64,000 nt of DNA from an uncultured candidate division Zixibacteria bacterium (GTDB taxonomy: Bacteria; Zixibacteria; MSB-5A5; UBA10806; 4484-95): assembly GCA_963668625.2 (NCBI GenBank), contig CAXXKA010000009.1, forward strand, positions 23,462-87,461, in the 5' to 3' direction. The notes under the pieces are model-generated. The model did no database searches. It was not told the DNA's origin and saw only the letters and a program-made list of their open reading frames with translations. The position numbers and the translations under genes are program-made. This document shows positions 49,564 through 59,630 of the stretch, one piece after another (position 1 is the first letter of the stretch; every line of letters begins with the position of its first letter).

Positions 49564-50589
49564 ATGATGAAAAAGACAACCTTTATAATAATCGCTTTAT
49601 TAACTATGGCGAGTTTCGCGTTCGCGGGTAATTCAGATGCCGGCAAGAACGCTTATACGTTCCTGAAAATCGGTGTCGGCGCCAAAGAGGAATCGATGGC
49701 CGGCGCGTATGTCGGTTTGGCTGATGATCCCAGCAGCCTCAACAACAATCCTGCGGGCCTGGCCGCGCCGATATATGACCTTCAGGCGCCTCGTGATTAT
49801 TATATCGAACAAGCCGAGGGCGAGATCGGCTACGAACCTGATATCAAGCTAATCGAAACCAAACAAAACCGTTTCTTCGCCACCTACATGAATTATATCG
49901 CCGATATCCAGACCGGCTATCTCGGTTATGTACGCAAACTGGATGATCGTTCGACTGTCGGCGCCTCGCTACAATACCAGGATTACGGCTCGATGGAGAA
50001 ACGAAACAGCCTGGGTGAATCGCTGGGTGATTTCAGCTCGTTCGATATGGCGTTCGGTATTACTTACTCGAAGCGAATCAATCAAAAGCTAACCCTGGGA
50101 GTAACGGGTAAATTCATTTTAGAGAAGATCGACACACTCACCTCGGATGCTATGGCGGTTGATATAGGCGGCCTCTATCGTTTCGATCATGGTAGAACGA
50201 GTCTGGGTATTGCCGGTAGGAATCTCGGCTCACAATTGAAAGGTTTCACCAAATCGCATAAAGATCCGTTACCCGCCATGTTCGATTTCGGCCTCTCACA
50301 CAGCCTTCGCGGCATGCCTTTAACTGTCAATGCCGATATTACCATACCGACAGATAACCAGGTCTTTTTCGCAATCGGCGGCCAGTTCGAATCATTCCGG
50401 CCGTTTTTCCTGCGCCTGGGATGGTCCTCAGCCGGGCAGGATTATAAAACCGACTCTGATAATGATAATCTCGGTGGTTTCGCGGCGGGATTCGGATACA
50501 AGTATACCGATTATAATATCGACTACTCGTTATCCTCCTATGCCGATTTAGGAAATGTTCATCGGTTATCTATGAGTGTTGATTTTTAG
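49564..50589 (+). CDS. PorV/PorQ-like outer-membrane beta-barrel
   Basis: FLKIGVGA..MAGA..NPAGL N-terminal motif, beta strands, terminal Phe. Confidence 0.82.
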   Translation: MMKKTTFIIIALLTMASFAFAGNSDAGKNAYTFLKIGVGAKEESMAGAYVGLADDPSSLNNNPAGLAAPIYDLQAPRDYYIEQAEGEIGYEPDIKLIETKQNRFFATYMNYIADIQTGYLGYVRKLDDRSTVGASLQYQDYGSMEKRNSLGESLGDFSSFDMAFGITYSKRINQKLTLGVTGKFILEKIDTLTSDAMAVDIGGLYRFDHGRTSLGIAGRNLGSQLKGFTKSHKDPLPAMFDFGLSHSLRGMPLTVNADITIPTDNQVFFAIGGQFESFRPFFLRLGWSSAGQDYKTDSDNDNLGGFAAGFGYKYTDYNIDYSLSSYADLGNVHRLSMSVDF

Positions 50590-50783
50590 TTATTCGGCGA
50601 ATCAGCAGCAGTTTATCAACTCTATATTATTCATCTATTTAAAATATTTTAGTAAACATATTTATGTAGAAAATAGTATTTAGATTTTGTGCTGACTTCA
50701 GGTTAGAGTGAATTCTACCCTGTTTATTGAGGAAATATTGTTTATTAAGATGAATTACCGCAAACAGATTTGGCTAATAATCA

Positions 50784-52103
50784 CTAGACTGATTTACTAT
50801 CCCCGGTAATTTTACGCGCAATTAACGTTTGAATCCTATGTCCGTCTTTTTTCCACACCTCGAGTGAGAATCCTTTGAAATCATACACATCCCCTTTAGC
50901 CGGTATCTTACCTACCATTGTTGCCAGCATCCCACCAACGGTATCGAACTCGCCCTCCTCCACCTCAACATTGAACTCATCGGCGAACTCATCGATTGGC
51001 ATAGAGGCCAGTACCCTCGCTTTATCGGGATTGATAAACACTATTTTCGACTCCTCCTGATCGTACTCATCCTGAATATCACCGACTATCTCCTCCAGGA
51101 TATCCTCGAGTGTGATCAAGCCGCCGGTGCCGCCAAACTCATCGAGGACAACAGCCATATGAGTTTTATTAAGCTGCATCTCACGTAATAGCTCGACAAT
51201 AGGTTTAGAATCGGGCACGAAATAAGCGGTGCGGATTATATCGCTTAACGTAAACAACTCCCTGTTGGTAAAAACATACAGAAGATCACGGGAGTGAATG
51301 ATCCCCCTGATATTATCGATATTCTCCTCGTAAACCGGGAAACGGCTGAACTTATCCTCGATGGCTATCTTCAAGATATCCTCGACCGGCGCGTTAATAT
51401 CGAACGCTACGATATCGGTTCGAGGTGTCATAGCCCGGCGAACATCGGTACCGGCAAACTCCATCATGGCATGAATGATTTTTCTCTCGTAGTCACTTGA
51501 TGATCCCTCGAGATATCCCTCGCGCAATACCATTTTAATCTCGGATTCGCTGAGCAGGTCGTCCCGCGCCACCTGACCGCGCACTCCAAGCAATGCCAGT
51601 AATATCCCGCTGAGCCAATTAAAAGTAACGATTAAAGGTTTCAGCGTAACCTGAATGGACCACATCGATTTGCTCATGAACAGGGCAAATGATTCCTGAT
51701 TGCCGGGAGTGATTATTCTGGAGAACACTCCGCCTGATATGACGATCACCAAAGCGGTAATAATGATAAGCAAAGCCGCCGCCACCATCTCCAGATAAAC
51801 CGAGTAATGCAGCACGAACGCAATTTGAATCCAATTTCTCATCAGATTAAAACCGGCCAATCCGGTGAAAAACGAAACGGCGCTGATGATAATTACCGAG
51901 ATGATTTTAATAGAGGCGAAAAAACGATCGGGATCGGAACGGATTTGTTTGACCATTTCGGCCCGTTTATCCCCCCTGGAGATAAGCTCTTTTATCCTGA
52001 ACGAGCGGATGGCAACGATAGACTTTTCGGCGGCGATCAAAAGCCCGAGAGCAATAATCGACGCGATAAACACTATCGCGAATATGATAACCTGAGCAAG
52101 CAT
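50784..52103 (-). CDS. HlyC/CorC (CNNM) family Mg/Co transporter
   Basis: DUF21 TM region, MTPRTDI, SRFPVY, VLDEFGGTGGLITLEDILEEIVG, CorC domain. Confidence 0.92.
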   Translation of the reverse strand: MLAQVIIFAIVFIASIIALGLLIAAEKSIVAIRSFRIKELISRGDKRAEMVKQIRSDPDRFFASIKIISVIIISAVSFFTGLAGFNLMRNWIQIAFVLHYSVYLEMVAAALLIIITALVIVISGGVFSRIITPGNQESFALFMSKSMWSIQVTLKPLIVTFNWLSGILLALLGVRGQVARDDLLSESEIKMVLREGYLEGSSSDYERKIIHAMMEFAGTDVRRAMTPRTDIVAFDINAPVEDILKIAIEDKFSRFPVYEENIDNIRGIIHSRDLLYVFTNRELFTLSDIIRTAYFVPDSKPIVELLREMQLNKTHMAVVLDEFGGTGGLITLEDILEEIVGDIQDEYDQEESKIVFINPDKARVLASMPIDEFADEFNVEVEEGEFDTVGGMLATMVGKIPAKGDVYDFKGFSLEVWKKDGHRIQTLIARKITGDSKSV

Positions 52104-52262
52104 CTACAATATTAACTTACCGACCGGCCTTCCGCCGGGCAATCCTCCGTTCGACCGGAGGATGAGTTGAAAACAAGTTAGCTAATCCTTTGTCCGCCGG
52201 GCATTAAAATTATAAAACCAAGCCCACAATAGTCAAGTCTTTATGATTATACTTTTACCGGA

Positions 52263-53468
52263 CTATTTTACTTTCGTTTTTTGGATGTAACGTTTGTATA
52301 TCAATCTGAACTCCCTGAATCCCTCTATCTTTCGCAAGCCGGTGAACGCCAGAATAAGCTCGATAATTATCCAGCCGGCATAAACCAGCAGTATCTCCTC
52401 CCTTATAGAGGGTACCAGAAATTGGATTATAAACAGAAGGAACAGCCCCATGGCCTCATATGCCCTGAATCTCATATTCGACAGGATGAGAAAGCCCAGT
52501 AGCGACTGCGTTGCGGTCAGCAATATTTCCAGGCGATGGTGCCAATCGAAATCGATTTGATAGATACCGCCGCGGGATATACAATAAATTATCGGTATGA
52601 TAGAAACCAACAGGGTCAACTCGGCGATTCCCGAGGAGATCATATTCATCAATGCCATAGGAGCTTTCTTGACAGTTTTAGCCCAGTAAAATGCCGACAC
52701 CTTCTCGGGAAATTCCGACAGAAACGGCGCCACCCACTGCACAAACACGAACGCCGGTACCCCGACAACAACCGATAAACCCAGCATGCTTTCTAAAAAC
52801 GGCCCGGCCACCAAGTAGATACCGGCGGCTCCAGCTAAAAAGCATGACCAGATGATAGCATTGCGCATAAGTCTCTTGCGGGTAAGTACATATCTCGGTA
52901 TAGGTTCGGCCTCATCTACCCGATCTGCCTCCTGAGGCGGCAAGCGAAGTAGGATCGAGACATAGATCAGGTACATCAGTATAAGTATAGCGGCATCATA
53001 AAGCGCCAGGCTGGCTTTGATAACGATTATAAACATGTACAATGTGGGGATAAACAGTCCCATCAACTCAACCGAATGCTCGCGGTCAAGCTTGATCGGG
53101 CCAAGGCTTCGTTTTCTGGTTTTACCTTTTAGATTGAAAATAGCCGAGACATAATAGATTAGCGGCCAGCCCAAGCCAACCAGTAAACGCAGCGCGCCGG
53201 TAAAATTGGCCGTGGCCAGTCCGATATTTTCAGGCGTTGGAACCTGTCCCGCTCGCCAGGCGATAACTCCCTCGACCGCGAACTCCGGCAATGTCTGGAT
53301 CAGGGCAAGCATGGTGAGCGCGAATCCCTGCGAGACTAAAAACTGCGCCGATTCCGCTCCCCAGGCAATTACCATAGCGGATACTATAACTGATGGAAAA
53401 GTCCAAATAGCATTCCAGGCGGAGCTTTTGGCGGCTTCAGCGGTAAGTTCCTTTAATTCGCCTAACAA
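52263..53468 (-). CDS. Na+/Ca2+ exchanger (CaCA) family protein
   Basis: Two alpha repeats, QTLPEFAVE..ANFTG and SEFPE..NMISS; about 11 TM helices. Confidence 0.8.
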   Translation of the reverse strand: MLGELKELTAEAAKSSAWNAIWTFPSVIVSAMVIAWGAESAQFLVSQGFALTMLALIQTLPEFAVEGVIAWRAGQVPTPENIGLATANFTGALRLLVGLGWPLIYYVSAIFNLKGKTRKRSLGPIKLDREHSVELMGLFIPTLYMFIIVIKASLALYDAAILILMYLIYVSILLRLPPQEADRVDEAEPIPRYVLTRKRLMRNAIIWSCFLAGAAGIYLVAGPFLESMLGLSVVVGVPAFVFVQWVAPFLSEFPEKVSAFYWAKTVKKAPMALMNMISSGIAELTLLVSIIPIIYCISRGGIYQIDFDWHHRLEILLTATQSLLGFLILSNMRFRAYEAMGLFLLFIIQFLVPSIREEILLVYAGWIIIELILAFTGLRKIEGFREFRLIYKRYIQKTKVK

Positions 53469-53469
53469 C

Positions 53470-54375
53470 CTATCCCCGGATTATCTTCGCAACTATATCT
53501 GTTTTGGTGATAACGCCGACCAGTTTGCTCTCATCCATGACCGCCACCATCTCGGCTTTCTTGAAAAGCATCAATGCGGCCGCCTCGATAACCGGGGCGT
53601 CTCTCTCCACAGTCACCGGGTTTTTCTGCATGAAATCGGCAACTGTACCTGAGTATTCCTTCTGCAGTAGTTCCTCGAATGATTCGATCTCGGGGATATT
53701 GGCAACGTTCGCGATGAAACTCTTGTAATTCGGCATAGCGAATTTCAACAGCTCCGTTCCGGTAATCTCACCTATCAGCCTGCCATCATGATCGACAACC
53801 GGCAAACATCGCACTTTCTTCTCGAAAAAGATATTAGCCACATCGCGCAATGTCCTGTCCGCGGTGATAGTCACCGGATCGATTGTCATAACATCACCAA
53901 CAGTTATGATTTTTTTCACCTCGATAGCTGATCTATGAATAATATCTATTACTTCCTGTGATGTTTTTGCATCCAGTAAAGCCGGCAGTGTCTCCCGTTT
54001 CCGGGCAAACGAGGCCAGCCCCGAAAGGGTTTGCAGATAGTTTTTCGAAATATTTCTCGGTGTCAGTAGAAGTATGAGAACGTGCACCGGCTTATGATCG
54101 GGAGTTTCCTCCTCTATTCCCTCCGGTATGATGCCTATTGCTGCATGAAGATGGGTTACGGTATTGGTACGGGCATGCGGGAAAGCCACGCCTCTGCCCA
54201 TCGAGGTGCTGCCCAGCTTCTCGCGTTCCCTGACCGCCTCGAATATCTCTTCTTTATTGGTACAGAGATGAGTCTGGCAAAAAAGCTCGACCAGTTGGTC
54301 GATAGCATCCTCTTTCGAGATTGCTTTCATATTCAGCGAGATTAGCTCTGGATTGAAAAGTTTACTCAGGTTCAT
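53470..54375 (-). CDS. PTS EIIA(Ntr/Fru)-domain protein fused to a CBS pair
   Basis: REKLGSTSMGRGVAFPHAR (phospho-His site), then two CBS motifs. Confidence 0.88.
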   Translation of the reverse strand: MNLSKLFNPELISLNMKAISKEDAIDQLVELFCQTHLCTNKEEIFEAVREREKLGSTSMGRGVAFPHARTNTVTHLHAAIGIIPEGIEEETPDHKPVHVLILLLTPRNISKNYLQTLSGLASFARKRETLPALLDAKTSQEVIDIIHRSAIEVKKIITVGDVMTIDPVTITADRTLRDVANIFFEKKVRCLPVVDHDGRLIGEITGTELLKFAMPNYKSFIANVANIPEIESFEELLQKEYSGTVADFMQKNPVTVERDAPVIEAAALMLFKKAEMVAVMDESKLVGVITKTDIVAKIIRG

Positions 54376-55069
54376 TAACAGAATCAACTTTCTCAAGACT
54401 ATCTGTTTTAATATTATATTTATCTAAAATATGCTTTGGGACTTTCGGAGTCAAGCAGTCAGGCGTAATAATACTCCCGGACACGAAAAACTTTATACCC
54501 TGCTCAATGGTCATATCGAGATACATGACCTCGTACTCCGGGAATAACACGATGAATCCCGAAAACGGCGTTGGCGTGGTTGCTATAAATACACTCAGAA
54601 ATTTCCGATCTTCGCCATTGCTACTCATGTTTATTTCATTGGCTAAAAAACCCAGGGCGTACACTCCCCGCCTCGGGTATTCGACCATCACGACAGACTT
54701 GAAGCTTTTGTTCTGGGGAATCGCCAGGGCTTGCATTAGCTGCTTGGCCGCGCCATAAACGAAATTGATAATAGGGATACGCGATAACTGCTTATCCCAC
54801 AAACTGACAAGTTTACGGCCGACATAACTGGAGGCGATTATACCCATCAGGAGTATAAGCATGAAAGTAACGATAAAACCGACCAGTGGAAAATCGTAGT
54901 TCGTGCCGAATAAATCCACGATTAACGGCCGCAGGAGACCATCAATAAACTCCACCAACCACCGTAATAGCACGAACGTCATAATAAGAGGTACCACCAC
55001 CAGCAGTCCCGAAATGAACCTCTTGCGTATTATTCTTTTTGCTTCCGCTACGATTCCCATGAAATCCAA
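54362..55069 (-). CDS. DUF502 family membrane protein
   Basis: FISGLLVVVP, RIPII, VEYPRRG, TTPTPFSGF. Confidence 0.88.
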   Translation of the reverse strand: MDFMGIVAEAKRIIRKRFISGLLVVVPLIMTFVLLRWLVEFIDGLLRPLIVDLFGTNYDFPLVGFIVTFMLILLMGIIASSYVGRKLVSLWDKQLSRIPIINFVYGAAKQLMQALAIPQNKSFKSVVMVEYPRRGVYALGFLANEINMSSNGEDRKFLSVFIATTPTPFSGFIVLFPEYEVMYLDMTIEQGIKFFVSGSIITPDCLTPKVPKHILDKYNIKTDSLEKVDSVNEPE

Positions 55070-55282
55070 ATTAGGTTAAATTGTATTCATAAGTCAATAG
55101 GAATAGCGTTAAAAAACACTATTTGCAATTTTATCGTTACTATATTCTATTTCGGTATTGTCTCGATCTACCAAAGTTAATATTCGTGAATTAATGTTGG
55201 CTTTTATCTAAATTTTCATATTCGGCTACTATTTCGGGGTAAAGATCAACTTTGCCCCTTTAATTTATCAAACATATCTTAT

Positions 55283-55309
55283 AAAAAAAGACCGGGAAAA
55301 CCCGGCCTT
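55283..55309 (-). terminator. Terminator after nuoN
   Basis: AAGGCCGGG-TTTT-CCCGGTCTT plus T tract on the minus strand. Confidence 0.75.
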
Positions 55310-55336
55310 CACTGAATCTTATAAAACTCGATTCGC

Positions 55337-56773
55337 CTAAAAATTAAATATCTTCGAGGCTGCCATCGCCCACTCGTAGAACCAATTCGGTATCACGCAA
55401 ATGATGAGTACCATTATCGTGCTGAACACGAGGCTGGTTTTTACCATACCGGTCAGCATGATCGGCGAATCATCCTCGGGCGCGATGAAAAACATTACCC
55501 GGACGACATTCATATAGTAGAAAAGCGATACCACCGAGGTTAGCACGGCCACTACTACGATACCATACAAGCCCTCCTTGACCGCTGCCGCAAACAACCA
55601 GTATTTAGCGAAGAAACCGGCAGTTGGAGGCAAACCCACCAGGGAAAGCATGAAAATTGTCATGATAACCGCGGCTACCGGTGAGCGTTTTATGAGCCCG
55701 GCATAGTCTTTTATGTTATCCGATCCGGTAACGTTCGAAAATGCAATCACGATTATGAAAGCGCCGATATTGGCGAACAGGTAAGCTAACAGGAATATCA
55801 TCATGGAGCCGACCGAAAGATCGATTCCGGCGGCCAGGGCTACCAACACGTAGCCGACCTGCGCAATCGAGGAATAGGCCAGCATTCTCTTGATATTGGT
55901 CTGCATCAGGGCAACCACGTTACCGATGACCATGGCCAGGATAGCAACCACCTCGAGAATGACCACCCATTCCGACTTGGCGATAAGTAGCGCCTCGAAA
56001 AACAGCCTCACGAAAGCAACCAGTCCGGCCGCTTTGGATGCTACCGATAAGAAGGCGGTGACCGGTGTGGGAGCGCCCTCGTAAACATCCGGGGCCCACA
56101 TGTGGAACGGCGCAGCGGCCAGCTTGAATCCGAACCCGGCTACGAACATCACGATGGCGAAATACGCAGCCAGTTTGGTGCCCGGGCCGATAAACAGCTT
56201 CATGCCGATCTCACTCATTACGGTACTGCCGGTAAGCCCATAGATAAGCGACAGGCCATACAGGAGTATCCCCGAGGAGGCGGCGCCCAGTATGAGGTAT
56301 TTCAATCCGGCTTCGGTCGATTTCAAGTCACGCTTCATGAATGTGGCCAGTACGTATAAGGCGATTGTCGAAAGCTCGAGCGCGACATACATGGAGATCA
56401 GCTCGCCGGCGGATGATAAAAACATCATGCCGGTGGTGCACATTAGCAACAGGCCGTAAAATTCTCCGCGATGTTTCAGATGTTGGGCGACATAATCCAT
56501 CGAGCCCATTATTGTCATGAAAGCGGTACCGATAAAGATCAGCTTGAAACCGATGGCATAGCTATCGACAATAAATGTATCGCCGAAGAATTTGCCTTCG
56601 GGAGTTGTCATGCTAAGTACGAATGTGATAGCCAAACCTACCAGCGATAGAATGCCGGAGTTTTTTGGATGCCTATCTTTGTTGCCAAGGCTGACAAATA
56701 AAATCAGCACTGACCATATAAATAAAAACACCTCCGGTGCGATTAATCTGTAATCTAATGAGCTAAGATCCAT
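55337..56773 (-). CDS. nuoN: NADH-quinone oxidoreductase subunit N
   Basis: EAGLKY, GFKLAAAPFHMWAPDVYEGAP, KRMLAYSSI. Confidence 0.95.
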   Translation of the reverse strand: MDLSSLDYRLIAPEVFLFIWSVLILFVSLGNKDRHPKNSGILSLVGLAITFVLSMTTPEGKFFGDTFIVDSYAIGFKLIFIGTAFMTIMGSMDYVAQHLKHRGEFYGLLLMCTTGMMFLSSAGELISMYVALELSTIALYVLATFMKRDLKSTEAGLKYLILGAASSGILLYGLSLIYGLTGSTVMSEIGMKLFIGPGTKLAAYFAIVMFVAGFGFKLAAAPFHMWAPDVYEGAPTPVTAFLSVASKAAGLVAFVRLFFEALLIAKSEWVVILEVVAILAMVIGNVVALMQTNIKRMLAYSSIAQVGYVLVALAAGIDLSVGSMMIFLLAYLFANIGAFIIVIAFSNVTGSDNIKDYAGLIKRSPVAAVIMTIFMLSLVGLPPTAGFFAKYWLFAAAVKEGLYGIVVVAVLTSVVSLFYYMNVVRVMFFIAPEDDSPIMLTGMVKTSLVFSTIMVLIICVIPNWFYEWAMAASKIFNF

Positions 56774-56829
56774 ATCGTTATCCCGCCTGCTCTTTTACTT
56801 TATTTAAACCTAACATTTTTCAATATCAT

Positions 56830-58086
56830 CTAGGCGGCGATTTTCGCAAACGCGCGCCCGAATCTTTCACTTACGTTTTTATCAGAATACCAGGTGACAT
56901 CCTCCAAACCCTTGCGGGCGTAGTTTTCAGTCTCCTGCTGGTTTTCATACATATACAGAAGAGTCTCGGCAATAGCGTGGCTGTCCTTTTCGGGCACCAG
57001 GTAGCCGTTGACTTTATTTTTTACCAGATCGGTTATGCCACCTGAGGCAGTCGCCAATAGCGGCACACCGGAGGCCATCGCCTCCAATATAACGATCCCC
57101 AGCCCCTCGGACTCCTGATTTTTATCAGTGATGCTGGGAATAACGAATACTTTCGCTTTCTTGATAACCGGAGGCACATCCTCATGTTCCTTTATCTCAC
57201 CACCAAACAGCACGTTTTCCTCGATACCGAGAGATTTTGCCTGCGTTTTGAGATCATCAATGAGCGGACCGAATCCGTAAAGTTTCAACATGGGCGGCTC
57301 GATATTTTTCTCTTTGCACAAACCGATGAACTCTGAAAATCCCTCGACCAGGTATTTATAGCCTTTTCTCTCGGTGAAACGGCCTATACTGAGAATCGTG
57401 TTATCTTTCTCTTTCTCTATCTGATGCTCGAACATATTGTACTCGTACGGCATCGGCATTATTTGCACGTCCAGATATTTATCGACGAACGGCTTGCCGA
57501 ATACCTGCGTGATCGTATTGGCGATCGAGCTCGATACCGTTGTCACCATGCTTGATTTTTTTAAAACCTGGGCAGCGATTAACTTCAGGATGAAATACTT
57601 TTTCTTTCTCAGGATGAATATATCCGTGCCGTGGCTGGTTACCACATACGGTATATCGGTCAGATACGATATTATACAGGCGATAAAACCGTTTGGTATC
57701 CACCAGTGAGCGTGAATCAGGTTTATTCTTCTTCCGTTGTCGGCCGAGGCATTTACCTCGTTTAGGCTTGCAAATATAAGCGAGATGAAATAGCCGAGGA
57801 GTTTGAACATGTTAACCAGCGGTTTTCTCATCATATCATCAATAACACCACCGTAGAATAGATCCTGATATTTTTTAAACCAGTATTTTATTCTAACAAC
57901 CTCTACCCCTTCATAGGTATCGGATGCCGGTACGGGTACATCAAACACGGTTTGTGGCGCAATGACCTTAGCTTTTATATTTTCTGGTAGATGCTTGTAG
58001 ATATTAAGTATGAACCTGCCGGAGTGATCCTGCGGGGTGCGCGGAAAATTGTGCGTAAGCGCCAGTATGTTCAAAGATTTTCCCAT
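56830..58086 (-). CDS. Glycosyltransferase family 4 protein
   Basis: IHAHW, TSHGTD, GRFTERKG, EGLGIVILEAMASG. Confidence 0.92.
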   Translation of the reverse strand: MGKSLNILALTHNFPRTPQDHSGRFILNIYKHLPENIKAKVIAPQTVFDVPVPASDTYEGVEVVRIKYWFKKYQDLFYGGVIDDMMRKPLVNMFKLLGYFISLIFASLNEVNASADNGRRINLIHAHWWIPNGFIACIISYLTDIPYVVTSHGTDIFILRKKKYFILKLIAAQVLKKSSMVTTVSSSIANTITQVFGKPFVDKYLDVQIMPMPYEYNMFEHQIEKEKDNTILSIGRFTERKGYKYLVEGFSEFIGLCKEKNIEPPMLKLYGFGPLIDDLKTQAKSLGIEENVLFGGEIKEHEDVPPVIKKAKVFVIPSITDKNQESEGLGIVILEAMASGVPLLATASGGITDLVKNKVNGYLVPEKDSHAIAETLLYMYENQQETENYARKGLEDVTWYSDKNVSERFGRAFAKIAA

Positions 58087-58140
58087 AAACAAACACAATC
58101 TCTCCCGATTCCCGATTCCAATCAGTCATCCGTAAGTTCG

Positions 58141-59613
58141 TTAACCGGTTATCAGTTTCACCAGATGTTCGACAGTTTCTTTCAAGAACATATTCAAGCT
58201 GGTGGGATAAACACCAACCAATATAGTGAAAATAGCCAGTGGTGTGACAGTAAATATCTCGCGGAAATTGATTTCGGTCAAGCCCTCCCAGCGGGTGTTA
58301 AACTGTCCCAGGAACACTTTCTGAATCATCCTGAGAATATAAACCGCAGCAAACAGCACACCGAAAACCGAAACTATGATAATCCACAATGGAATGTAGT
58401 CCGATTGGAATGAGCCGACGAACACGAGGAACTCCGAGACGAATCCGGACATACTCGGTAAACCCAGCGAGGCCATGCCGAAAAGGACGAATATACCGGT
58501 GTACACCGGCAGTTTCGCGCCCAGTCCGCCGAACGCGGCGATCTCCCTGGTGTGGGCTCTATCGTACAGTACGCCAACCAGAAGGAACAATGCGCCGGTG
58601 ATAACGCCATGCGAAAACATCTGGAACAAACAGCCCGTTATACCCTGCGTGGTCATAGCTGCCATGCCCAGCATACAAAATCCCATATGCGAAACCGATG
58701 AGTATGCCACCAGCTTCTTCAAATCTTTTTGTGCCATTGAAACGAGTGCGCCGTAGACGATACCGATCATACCCAGGATAGCTATAGGTACGGCGAAGAA
58801 CTTGGCCGCCTCGGGGAACATCGGATAGCTAATTCGCAGCAGGCCGTATGTACCCATCTTTAGCAGGATGGCGGCAAGAATAACCGAGACAGCGGTCGGC
58901 GCCTGAACGTGAGCGTCGGGTAACCATGTATGGAACGGCCAGACAGGAACCTTGATCGCGAAACCGATGAAGAAAGCCGCGAATACCCAGAGCTGGAACG
59001 TATGCGCATACATGCTATTCTTGGCGATAAGCTCCATGAAATCGAGCGTACCGGTGGTAAAATACAACGCCAGTATACCGATTAGCATAAACACCGAACC
59101 AAAGAGCGTATAGAGGAAGAACTTGATCGCAGCGTACTCTCGTCTGGGGCCACCCCAAACACCGATCAGGAAGTACATCGGCACCAGCATGATCTCCCAG
59201 AAAATGTAGAACAGGAAGAAATCAAGCGCGGAGAAAACGCCCATCATACCTACCTCGAGAAGCAGGAACCAGGCGAAATACTCTTTGACACGATCTTTTA
59301 TTCCGAATGAAGCTATAATCGCGATGAACGTAATCATACCGGTTAAAAACAGCATCGGTACCGAAAGGCCGTCAGCGCCCATGAAATAGGAGATATTGAC
59401 AGCCGGGAACCATTGGTGACGTTCGATGAACTGCATCGTCCAGGTAGAATAGTCGTAATGATATACGAGGCATATCGATGCTAGAAACGGTATGAACGAG
59501 AAGAAAGCAGCGGTCCATCTGATAGCGGTTACTGCTTCTCTTTTGAAAAACAACAATACTATCACGCCTAAAAGCGGAAAAAATGTCAAAAAACTCAGTA
59601 TTGGAAAGTCCAC
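58141..59613 (-). CDS. nuoM: NADH-quinone oxidoreductase subunit M
   Basis: FYIFWE, KFFLYT, IKVPVWPFHTWLPDAH, LKMG, AYSSVSHMG. Confidence 0.95.
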   Translation of the reverse strand: MDFPILSFLTFFPLLGVIVLLFFKREAVTAIRWTAAFFSFIPFLASICLVYHYDYSTWTMQFIERHQWFPAVNISYFMGADGLSVPMLFLTGMITFIAIIASFGIKDRVKEYFAWFLLLEVGMMGVFSALDFFLFYIFWEIMLVPMYFLIGVWGGPRREYAAIKFFLYTLFGSVFMLIGILALYFTTGTLDFMELIAKNSMYAHTFQLWVFAAFFIGFAIKVPVWPFHTWLPDAHVQAPTAVSVILAAILLKMGTYGLLRISYPMFPEAAKFFAVPIAILGMIGIVYGALVSMAQKDLKKLVAYSSVSHMGFCMLGMAAMTTQGITGCLFQMFSHGVITGALFLLVGVLYDRAHTREIAAFGGLGAKLPVYTGIFVLFGMASLGLPSMSGFVSEFLVFVGSFQSDYIPLWIIIVSVFGVLFAAVYILRMIQKVFLGQFNTRWEGLTEINFREIFTVTPLAIFTILVGVYPTSLNMFLKETVEHLVKLITG

Positions 59614-59630
59614 TTAATCTTCCTCCTCTA

